From positions 104,284,001 through 104,348,000 of the forward strand of contig NC_043002.1 in NCBI RefSeq assembly GCF_006345805.1: a stretch of 64,000 nt of DNA. Direction: 5' to 3'. The notes below the pieces were generated by a model. It had not been told where the DNA came from, did no database searches, and was given only the letters and a program-made list of their open reading frames with translations. Position 1 is the first letter of the stretch. Every line of letters starts with the position of its first letter. Source of the DNA: Octopus sinensis (taxonomy: Eukaryota). Below are positions 52,944 through 64,000 of this stretch, piece by piece. A program made the position numbers and the translations under genes.

Positions 52944-53424
52944 GTAGTAGTAGTAGTATAGTAGTAGTAGTAGTAGTAGTAGTAGTAGAAGTTGTTGTTG
53001 TTTTGTTGGTAATAGTGGTATTGGTGTTGGTGTTGGCGGGAAGATGTGCTATGATGGTGGTGGTGGTTGAGATGTATTTAAGTGTTCAGTCGATCGTGTA
53101 TAAAAGTGTCTTTAAAAACTCATCTGGCTTCGAAACTGCAAACGTAATGTGACATCTCGACAAGAGCGACCATTGGAAATAGATCAGTGATTCTACACAC
53201 GCGCACGTACATAAATAAAGAAGAGAATTACACAAATTTCACAGACATGCACATACGTATGGATTATGCACAAACGTATTCGGAAACATGCACACACACA
53301 CCACAAGCAAACAGTCACGAGTGCATATATTATGTGGGTGATGATGATGATGATGACGTTGTTGACGACCATGATGATACAAGTAAAAAAAATGACATTA
53401 GTAATAAAAATAGATTGCATTACT

Positions 53425-53790
53425 TTCGATTCTCATTGTGCCTTGTGACACTTGAGGCGACAGCAGATCATACCCTTTTCTAACGCTGTAAGCGTCCTTG
53501 ACAGCTTCTTCTATTGCTAACCCTTTGCTTTTAAGATCGTTTGTTACTGTTCTCCGCCACGTTTCCTTTGGTCGGCCATGTCTTCTTTTATTTTGTGGAA
53601 CCCATCGCAAAACGATCCTGAAAATTCAGTTCGGTTTATAGCAAGAAAATCAACCCAGTCATTTCCATCTCCTTGCTTCAATAAGTTCTCTTATTGATTT
53701 CCCGTTAGCCTTGGTGTGTAGTTGGCTATTCGAAATCATATTCGGCAAGTACACCTTCATAATTGTTGGTAAACATTTCCTTTGAATCCC
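53425..53790 (-). mobile_element. RTE-clade LINE 3' end
   Basis: IEARRWK*LG..LRWVPQNKRRHGRPKETWRRTVTNDLK matches the RTE C-terminal GRP..TW motif. Confidence 0.85.
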
Positions 53791-53799
53791 CTCCAATTT

Positions 53800-54730
53800 G
53801 AGCAGCTCAAGAGCAAGCTTTAAGGATTAACTATGTGTCGTGCAGAATTGACAACGCTACCGACAAAAAAAAGAAAGCGTGTATGGAGACAAAATGTACG
53901 GTTTGTTAGCAAGAGATACCTACGTGAAAGGTACAGAAGACCGGTGGCTATGTACGAGGAGGAATGACCTGAATATAGAGACAGAAGTACTTATTGAGCA
54001 GCTCAAGATCAAGCTCTAAAGATTAACTGTGGGAAGTGCAGAATCGACAACACTTGCCGACAACGACAAATGGAAAACGTGCGGTGAGAGGGCTGAAACG
54101 GTATATCGTATCGTTAGCGAATGACTTAAGCGGGTACAACGCGATTGCAATAGACGACAGGACAGTGCGGTAATCGATTGAGAGCTCTGTGGAAGTCACG
54201 GCCTACAAAGAGTAAAGACATGGTATGAGAAAACTCAATGAGTCACCAAGAATGAAAGTTGCAAAATCTTCTGCGATGCAATGAATCAGTCTCATCAGAT
54301 GACTAGACATCGGAAACTGGACATTGTTGTGGTGAATAAAAAAGTAAGAACTTGCATGATAATCGATATAGCATGTGCCAGTGACAACCAGATCAAAGAA
54401 GAAAAAGAAAAACTGTACTACGACGATTTGAATTGGGAAATAGGAAGATTGTGGTCCATGAAGAGAGTAGACGTGCTATCAATAATAATTGGTGCACTTG
54501 GAAGTATCAGCATTCAAATACCAACAGGTCTCACAAAGATTGGTGCAAATATGAAGGTAGAATAACTACAAAAATCAGTATTGCTTGGAACTGCGAATTA
54601 TACACAGGGTTTTTGAAGTATGAGCCTGTTATGCCCCGGTCAGACGTGTAGTCTCGACGGGTATATTGGGTTTCGTATATTCGTACCCCAGTTTCACTTT
54701 GATTGTATGTGCTGCACTAACATTAATCAT
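53800..54730 (+). mobile_element. Dong/R4-type LINE 3' end
   Basis: AAQDQAL, CGERAETV, HRKLDIVVVNKKVRTCMIIDIAC, IIIGALGSI, LQKSVLLGTA. Confidence 0.9.
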
Positions 54731-54734
54731 AATA

Positions 54735-54939
54735 ATCCTTTCTAATATAGGCACAAGGTATGAACTTTTGAGTGAGCTTAGGAGTTGTTTACAACATCCC
54801 AAGAACGTAACTGGTATATATTTCATCGATCCCGGAAGTAGGAAAGGCACAGTCAATCTCAACGGAATTTGAACTTAGAATGTAAAGACGAAAGAAATGC
54901 TAAACATTTTATCCCTAAGCTAACAATTCTACCAGGTTA

Positions 54940-54940
<1 letters not shown>
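54735..54940 (-). mobile_element. SINE family B
   Basis: aactggtatatatttcatcgatccc...gaaaggcacagtc...cggaatttgaac. Confidence 0.75.
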
Positions 54941-55262
<322 letters not shown>

Positions 55263-55974
55263 TAAGATGGTGACGGGAGAGGAAGATTAAACATAATAAC
55301 AATAATGGTCATAATATATAATGTTTGTGATGATAGAGCAAAAAGAAAAAAAAAAGAACGAAATAAAAAACAAAAATACAAAACAAATAAATAAATGTAG
55401 AGCAGCCAGTAATTTTGAGGATCATCGCCAAGAAACTTGAAGACAAATTGCCAAATATATAATTATGCATGGTTGTGGAGAATAAAAAAAAGAAGAAAAA
55501 CATATACTCGGAGGTAGACATTCATTAATATATATTTTTTTACGTACATTTCTGGATACACAAAGCCATTCACATTGGCACTGAGAGTTGCATTCATCGA
55601 TAGAGAGCCACACAGTGTGCCATACATTCTGACAGTATCGAAGCCATACCTTGCAGGGTATGCTCGGCTAAAATAACCAAATATTGTCGTTCATGCACTT
55701 CAACAAAAAATGCAGGAATGGCGGTATTCTATGATTTAACACCAAACTGAAACCCTTTGAGTTTCTTGAGCATGGCAAGAATGGAAAATGCGCGTTTTCA
55801 AAAAAAGCGGGAAGACGACACACTGATTCAGCATGGTTTGGATGACCAGCAAAGGCTGATGGATTTGAATAAAGTGTTCCTATTCAAATATCTTTGTTTC
55901 ATAAGGCGGCAAAACATTGACCTCAAAACATAATTTCACTCTTCCACCTATTTATCAAGATGTTTGTAATTTGG

Positions 55975-56118
55975 TATTCTTTTATCCTTTTATTTGTTTC
56001 AGTCATTTGACTGCGGCCAGGTTGGAGCACCGTATTTAGTCGAGCAAATCGACCCCAGGACTTATTCTTTGTAAGCCTAGTACTTATTCCATCGGTCACT
56101 TTTGCCGATCCGCTAAGT
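55975..56118 (-). mobile_element. SINE family A, 3' fragment
   Basis: gtttcagtcatttgactgcggcc...gtcgagcaaatcgaccccagg. Confidence 0.9.
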
Positions 56119-56468
56119 TTCTCTTCTCTATCCCAAATCATTATATCAGGTCAGGTGTGCTTACATTTTATTGGAGTTTTCACTGGGACATTCCGCCAGC
56201 ACTCCTATTTATTATGAATGATAACGGCTTGTACCATACTGTGTGTTCTTATTTGTTTGTCCTCAGGGTTATCCTTCCGACAGATTTCATTACAGAGCTT
56301 CCTAGCTACAACGTCATATCTCATCGGTAGATAATGCCGTTATGACATTTTCGGACAACTGCTTCTATCATCTCTATCACTTTCGTGCATCAGGTACTTT
56401 CATGTATGTATGTACATATGTACGTATGTGTGAATGTATGTATGTATGTATGTATGTATGTATGTATG

Positions 56469-56500
<32 letters not shown>

Positions 56501-57099
56501 GATGTATATCTGTGAGTGTGTCTCTATGCAGGTGTGTGTGCGTGCCTGCATCTTCTTAGACATAGTATAAAATCCACCTGAAATATACATAGATGTCGAT
56601 GTATCTATGGTAATCAAATGAAAATCAGGACACATGATTTTATGAGTAATTAATAAGAAAAGAAGAATAAGCTATGTTGGAAATGACAATAATAAAATTA
56701 CACAAGAAAGAGAAGCTAGTTAACATCTAAGTTGAAACCGGTATTAATGTAAGTTATCGTACGTTGTTTTATGTGACTACACATGTGTTCGCTTGTGTAA
56801 TATGTATTTATATATGCGTGTGTATATGTGTGTGAGAGAGAGAGGGTGTGAGAGAGAGGGTGAGAGAGAGAGAGCAAGACAGAGATTGTGTTTGTGTCTG
56901 TTCTCGAGGGTGTTTTTGTCTTGCTATAAGTGATTTCTACTACAAATTAAAGTTATGAGCGCGCTCACATTTGCACCTTGGCATATTCACACGCGCTTAT
57001 GTACAATTATTGATCTGATATTAATTTAAGAACTAGTTAATTGGTCTTTTCTTTTTAACAGGTGGAAATTGAAAGGTTATCATCAATGAGATGCTCGGA

Positions 57100-57114
57100 T
57101 CATCATCATCACGA

Positions 57115-57175
<61 letters not shown>

Positions 57176-57410
57176 CGTTGTCATTATTATATCATCATCC
57201 TTACCACTAAGGAAAGAAAAGACCACCCAATCATCTTCATCCTCATCTTCATCATCATCGTCATTATCATCATCATCATTATCTCCGTTATGGTCATCAT
57301 TATCTCCATTATCAACATCATCTCCATTGCCGCCATCATCATCTTCATCATCCTCATCATCATCATCATCATCCTCATACTCATCCTCATTAATATCATG
57401 CTCATGTATC
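57100..57410. repeat. (TTA)n/(ATC)n microsatellites
   Basis: Direct inspection. Confidence 0.9.
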
Positions 57411-59715
57411 ATGCATTCATTTAGATATTCGTGTTTGCCCTCTTACGTATTTTGTAGGTTTGTGTTTTTATGTACACTAACCCCTACAAAACCAACACCC
57501 GCATGCGCATAAAACGGGAATGCATGTATACGCGTGAGTGTGTATGCAAGTGTTTTCTACAACTGTGTATCATATTTTCTCGCAACTTCATTGATGTTGT
57601 ATAGGTAACATCACAGACCCAGATCCTCCGACCCTTCGTTTTCATCTGATTGTAATAATCATTGTTTACTTCTATGATTAGGATCCCGAATCGTTGCTTG
57701 TCTTTTCCTTAAGAGCATTTGCAATGATGACTTCTTGTAATATCCCCTTTTACAATGGGAGTATTTACATTTTTTCTTGGTTTATCTCTGTATTTGGGGA
57801 AAAGAGCTTGCAGGTTTCCTTTTCATAGCATCCATATTTGTCGCCTAAATACTTAGTCGCCCATTATAAAGCCCAATGCCTGGTTAATGATTTTGTTTCC
57901 CATCATCCAATCAAGTATACTTCAGATTCCTCAACAAGAAGGATAAAGTTTTCAATGCCAGTACAAATATTAAAGAGAGGCCGTAATATTGAACCAATTC
58001 ACCTATTTGGCTGTGCTATTTGCCAGGGGGAAGTGAAATCGGGCATACGTGACAGGATTGGAAATGTCCCCAGCAGTGTTCCGGCATAATTAGTTTCGTC
58101 TAAGCTACCTCAAACATAAGTACGCACTGATGTCAAATTTTGTTTATATAACTCTATCTCCCTACCTTCTGTAATGTATGCCAGCGAGAGGTGGAAGAGT
58201 GAAAGGAGGACTGATAGAAGATTAAATGAATTCAATCAAACGTGACTCTGAAAGATACTGAATGTCAACTGGTGACATCGTGTCATAAAAACTGAAATTC
58301 TGAGAAGGACATCGGTACGATCACCGTAAAATACTGTTGCAGAACGCGATTCCGGCATGTTGGCCACAATGTCCGTCTAGCCGATTAACAGCAGTGAGAA
58401 ACAGCCCTGATGTGTGTGTAGAGTACACGTCGCCAGGCTTAAAAGGAAACGATAGAATATCACTTGGTGGTGAATATAAAATAAAGGCGGTTAATATTAG
58501 GTGGTTAATGGGTGGGCATGAGTAGCCACTGATCGAAGCCGGTAGAGGAAGCTTACCACAAATTGCAATGAACACAGTAGGATGACTTAAAGCTTAAACG
58601 TAATACTGGAATAGAACAATGTGTCACTTTACTCTTTGAGAGGAAACGCAATCATTTCCTGTATTTAACTACAAGATTGCGACACTGATTGGTGGTGTTA
58701 ATTAAAGTTTTTTCGCACTTAACGTTATCAAATGCAGGATCAAAGTCAAGTGTTTTCTTTTATTCCCGCTTTACTGTATTTCTTCTCTCTGGGTTTGTAT
58801 TCTCGTGGCTAAACACGTTTTACAATATATGTACTTCTATTTCTTGCCCCATAGGATGCTATGCTTAATTGCTAATATCTAATTTCTACAGGAAACTGCT
58901 CTATTTTCTTAATTCTTGTAATGTTTATGCAATTTTCGTATTAATAATTTTTGTTGAAATTCTTCATTTCTTAATTTTGTCCTCTGCAAAAATCGTCCTA
59001 AAAAAATCATTTCCATTAAGATTTTGCTTTTTTAACAGTTTTAAACAATTGCTGCGTTTGCTCCATTTGAGATATAAGTAGCATCTTGATGTTTCTGCAT
59101 AGTGGAAAAAAATCAATTAGAAGCATTCTAGAAGTGCTTCAGTTAAAGAAGGAAATAATTGCTTACGAAGAATGAGAATGCAATTAGAAAGAATAATAAT
59201 GAGTTATTATAAACCAATCCTTTAACTGAGAAGCATGCACTGAAGTCTAAAAAGAATGGAAATAATAAATATGTAAATACATAAAAAGACAAAAAATAAT
59301 AAATATATATAATTATAGCGTGTTTTTTTAAGAGAAGGACAAGAAATTATGAACACACGGAAGTATACATGAAAATTATTTAAAAGAACAAAAATTTATT
59401 AAAATATAATCCTATGAATCTGTGAAGAGAAAACAAGTGATTGAGTAGTTGGAGAGAAGAGGTAAGGTTATATGATAGACAAAATGTCCGTGGGTTTTAT
59501 GGTGACTGGGTGACAACAAAATGGATTTGAACGAAAGGAAAAACACCACGAAGTTTTGTGATTTTGAATATTATACAAAAAGAAAAAAAACTGTTATTTT
59601 GTAGAAATAATATTCCAAAGGTTTGTGAAGTACCTTGTAAGAAACAGTTCATCATAGGATCGATTTTCAGTAATGTATACATCTGAATGCATTCGCATTC
59701 CTGTGCGTGAGTTTC

Positions 59716-59746
<31 letters not shown>

Positions 59747-59756
59747 ATATATATAT

Positions 59757-59962
59757 ACCGGAGTAAACACATAAATGTGAAAAAAGGTGGAAATAAGAGT
59801 ACTCAAATACCAGTGGTAGAGTAATATGCTTTATTCAAAAGCAGCAGAAAATTCAATAAAACTTTGAGTTTCACGTTTTTGCTAGCAAAATCTGTCCGAC
59901 GAACGGGAACGTGAAACTCAGAGTTACAGGTTTTGTTGAATTTTCTGCTGCTTTTGAATAAA

Positions 59963-59965
<3 letters not shown>
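59757..59965. mobile_element. Foldback pLTR-like element in (TA)n
   Basis: ctttattcaaaagcagcagaaaattcaa / ttgaattttctgctgcttttgaataaag inverted arms; left copy of the motif partly deleted. Confidence 0.8.
59892..59929 (+). ncRNA. Minimal type I hammerhead-like motif (C4 variant)
   Basis: ctgt-CCGACGA-acg-ggaa-cgt-GAA-ACTCAGAGT-T-acag; all three helices pair and stem II has a GNRA loop. Confidence 0.7.
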
Positions 59966-60017
<52 letters not shown>

Positions 60018-60020
<3 letters not shown>

Positions 60021-60210
60021 ATAGTGAGAATTTACAAAAAGTCAAAAGACGAAGACAAGTGTATAAACAACAAAGAGATGTATTAGTTTAATCGCTCGGG
60101 AAGTGAAAAAAGTCTGTAACGTTTCGCGCCTACGCTCTTCGATAGAAAGAAACTCAGAAATAAGTAGAGAGAGAGAAAAAAAAGACGTTTTGTGGCTAGC
60201 GATATTTCAT
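60018..60210 (-). mobile_element. Short TA-associated element with degenerate hammerhead-like motif (~60112-60150)
   Basis: Minus strand CTATCGA-a-gagc-gtag-gcgc-GAA-ACGT-T; same layout as the 9415 and 39294 motifs. Confidence 0.5.
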
Positions 60211-60869
60211 CTATTTGTGTGTGTATATGTGTCTGTAATCCAAGTAAAAAGACAAAGAAAGAGTTTGTCGCATCTTTAATAACCAGTTTGTAAAGAAAGA
60301 AGTATAACTGGTTATTCAAAGTACGGTAAACTCTTTCATTTCCTAATTATTTGAAAAATATTTTATTCTTCTCTCAACTCAAACAATGGTTTTGCCGTTG
60401 TGACATCTTGAATTTCATGTTTTCTTAAGTCAACAATCTAAGAATGTAGATACCTTAAAATCCTGCAATGGAAACACCCAACAAACACGCTGTAAGGAAA
60501 CAGTACTCGCTCTCACCCACCAGTAACAGAGGCCTTCTAAAATGTGGTGGACCCTATTTTCTCCTCTGACTAAAAGATATATAAAAGTTACTAAACTTTG
60601 CTACCGTTGAACTACAGATTGTTAAGTCCGAATCCAGTTCCGTATGCTTCAAGAGTTATTAGGTCAAGTGAAGCATTCTTTATAGCTCTACTGCTAATAG
60701 ACTACGGAGGTTTTTAATCAAGACTGTCCGTCCCAAAGCAGCGGACTGTGTTGTTGTAGGACTAAATACTGGCTTCAAATTTAGCTTTGTGCTTCATATT
60801 CCTGGTGGAACATGTTTTCTCAGAAGGATGTTGTTGCCGTTATATCTCGAGTAGCTCATTCCGATTTGT

Positions 60870-61103
60870 CCTTTTTAATTTTTTATATTTTACTTGTTTC
60901 CGTTATTCAACCGCGACCATTCTGGGGCTCCGCCTTGAAAAACGTTTTGTCGGATTTATCAACTCCAGTAGTTACATTACATTTTAGGCCTCGTATTTAT
61001 TTTAACAGTCTCATTCTTGCCGAACTGCTAAATAAAGGGGGACGTAAATGCACTAACACCAGCTGGAAGGCAGTTGTGTGGGACAAAAACATAATCAAAG
61101 AAG

Positions 61104-61134
<31 letters not shown>

Positions 61135-61300
61135 ACACACACACTCACGTATATATGTATGAGACGGGCTTCTTTCAGGTTCGCCCCAGCATAATTTACT
61201 CACAAGGCTTTGTTCGGCCAAAGGCTATAGCAGAAAACACTCGACGTGGGACTGAGCCCGGAACCATATCCTTGGAAAGCAAGCTTTTTGCCCCACAAAG
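60870..61300 (-). mobile_element. SINE family A, old copy
   Basis: gacgggcttctttcagg...cacaaggctttg...gtgggactgagcccggaacc. Confidence 0.8.
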
Positions 61301-61681
61301 TTTTGTTTTTATTCATTCTTCTATGAGTACATAACATGCTGAAGCGGTTAATCCAGAGACCAGTTGTCTCACACGTTGCCAACATAGTCACGTGCAGTGA
61401 GTTCTGCGTGAATGTTTAAATCATAAAATTTTATATAAATTCAGATCATTATGAAGTCGTTGAACATTGTATAGCTGATCCGTGATCCACGTTATTTATG
61501 AGAGCAGGCGCTTTTAGTGATCAGGAACAGTCTGCCGTAATGCTTAGTTGCATGTTTACGAAGATAAAATGTAAAACAGGATTTTCAACAAAAATATCAA
61601 AATATCATATACATTCTTACCTTCAGAAGGAAAGATGTTATATCTAAACAAAGTTCCAAAACAGAAAAAAATATTCAAACG

Positions 61682-61725
<44 letters not shown>

Positions 61726-62428
61726 CACACACACACACACACACACACATGCTCACAGGTATGTGCGGAGTTACAAGCTGAATCATACGCAATATATGCA
61801 TTGCTTTTGTATGTATGTGTGTCCGCCAATGTATGTCTATTTAGTGAGAGACTGATCCAGATCCGCATTACTTAAAGGTTCCTAGGCAGACCAGAGCTAC
61901 AGATGTACACTCATTTGTATGCAGAAGACATTCGTCTCTGAACATCGGATCTGGAGATGCATATTTGTGTCAGCGAAAGTTTTAATAATACGGCGCGCTG
62001 AGTCAACATGTTATAAAATACAGCTACAAATGAATGTGCTGAGTGCTTATTTCCTTTCATTTCTTCATATATACGACAAGTATACGCGTATAAACGTTGT
62101 GTATACATTGAGGTTGATACATAGATAGCCATTTTAATATAATGCTTTCACAGTTGAAATATACACACATAAATCAACTCATTTATTTTCATATATACAT
62201 ATACACATACATACATGCATGCATAAATACATACATATATATACACACACACATATATATATATATACATATGTGCATATATGCATCTATATGTGTGTGT
62301 GTGTGTGTAAATATATTCATATATGTATGCATGCATTCGTGTGTGTACGTGAGTATAAGCGTGCGTAGTATATATATCTATATAAATATGTATATATATC
62401 TATATATTTATCTATCTATCTATCTATA

Positions 62429-62475
<47 letters not shown>

Positions 62476-62476
62476 A

Positions 62477-62642
<166 letters not shown>

Positions 62643-62711
62643 CGCCTATACTCACGCACACACACGTACATACATGCATGCATATATATGCATATATGAA
62701 TATATATATAT

Positions 62712-62750
<39 letters not shown>

Positions 62751-63660
62751 ACATATTTTTATATAAACCTACATGCATACTCATACACACATACCAATGC
62801 GCGCATACATAATAATATTCAATTGTCTATCGTGCAGAATATGCAGTTTTAAATTATAATTTCAATTACTCTGCAAATCCCCCAAACAAAGGAATTGGCA
62901 CCAGACCCTGTGTTATTGTAGGAAGAGTATAAAGTTAATTAGTGCCGAATCCCCCATGTTGGTACGCATCATATGCAGCCCCAGCTAAATCACGAAACAT
63001 ATCGCTCTTCCACCCACCTCCTACTCTCTAATCAGTCTTTATATTTCTCGTCGTTGTTGCTATAAAGCTTGTCACATATTCATTGATTCTTTGCTTGTTA
63101 TGAATGATATATTTTATATATTTCAATGTTATATTTCTTTGCGCATTACGCACGTTTGTCTCTCTGTTTTAGTAAGTTTTGTTGTTGTTGTTGGTTGTGT
63201 GTGTGTATTACAGACACACACACATACACACACGCACGCATGTATAATACATGTACATATTTATTTATGCTGTGAGTCGCTGCTATCAGGTTGGAGATCT
63301 TGTTTTCTAATGCAAGTGGGATATGCCAGGTCGAAATCTCGGCGCTGACAAATGAACGACTCGCACACTCTCACAAACATAACAATATATACATGGATTC
63401 ATCCATACATACACGCATATATGCGTGTGTATGCACGCGTGTGTGTCTGTCTGTGTGTAAGTATGTACGTATATATGTATGCATACACATATAAACGTGC
63501 ATTATCAGATTGTCAGCCATGCAATCTGACACAGGCAAAGTATGGTATATGTGTATGTGTTCTAAAGAGGAAGAGTGACAGTGAGAGATAGAGAAAGAGA
63601 AACAAAGAACGAGAGAAAGAAATAATTTTGATAAACAGTAAGGAAACTCGTATTTGTGCA

Positions 63661-63713
<53 letters not shown>

Positions 63714-64000
63714 TGGAGAGAGAGAGTTTGGGAGAAGCTCTTTACTCACCTCTATGAATATGTGCTCGTGTTTGTATGAGTTGCCTGTATATGTAAAATG
63801 GAGTAAATATTTAAATGTGTCATTTCCGTAATCTCACGTAACTGCAAATATATTTGATTTCATAATAAATCTAAAGATTCCATGAGAGCTGAAGTAATTA
63901 TACAATTGGATTGCTTAGTTAATTAGAATCCATTACTAAAAATCTGTTCGTGTGTTGCTATTATTGAAAGGAAATGCAAATATAAAAGGGCAAGTCATAT

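Overview
AT-rich, microsatellite-saturated eukaryotic intronic or intergenic DNA. The SINE families and (TA)n/(TG)n/(TAA)n/(ATC)n density suggest an octopod cephalopod (Octopus-like); this is inferred from repeat content only. Almost all ORFs in the supplied track are microsatellite or SINE artefacts. Supportable content: four tRNA-derived SINE families (over 30 copies or fragments), a full-length decayed mariner with TIRs and TA TSD, a second decayed mariner, two Tc1/mariner/pogo-type MITEs, Penelope-like (PLE) RT and GIY-YIG fragments, Dong/R4, RTE, CR1 and L1/Tx1-like LINE fragments, a possible Helitron end, and one candidate host terminal exon on the minus strand (4376-4712). The most notable signal is a set of at least seven sequence-distinct short elements embedded in (TA)n tracts. 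They carry minimal type I hammerhead-ribozyme-like motifs with palindromic helix III, often arranged as head-to-head foldbacks. They include one family with a swapped G3:C8 core (GUGAACA) and two families with C at position 4. Boundaries were read by eye and are approximate unless a TSD or TIR is quoted. No folding or homology search was run.
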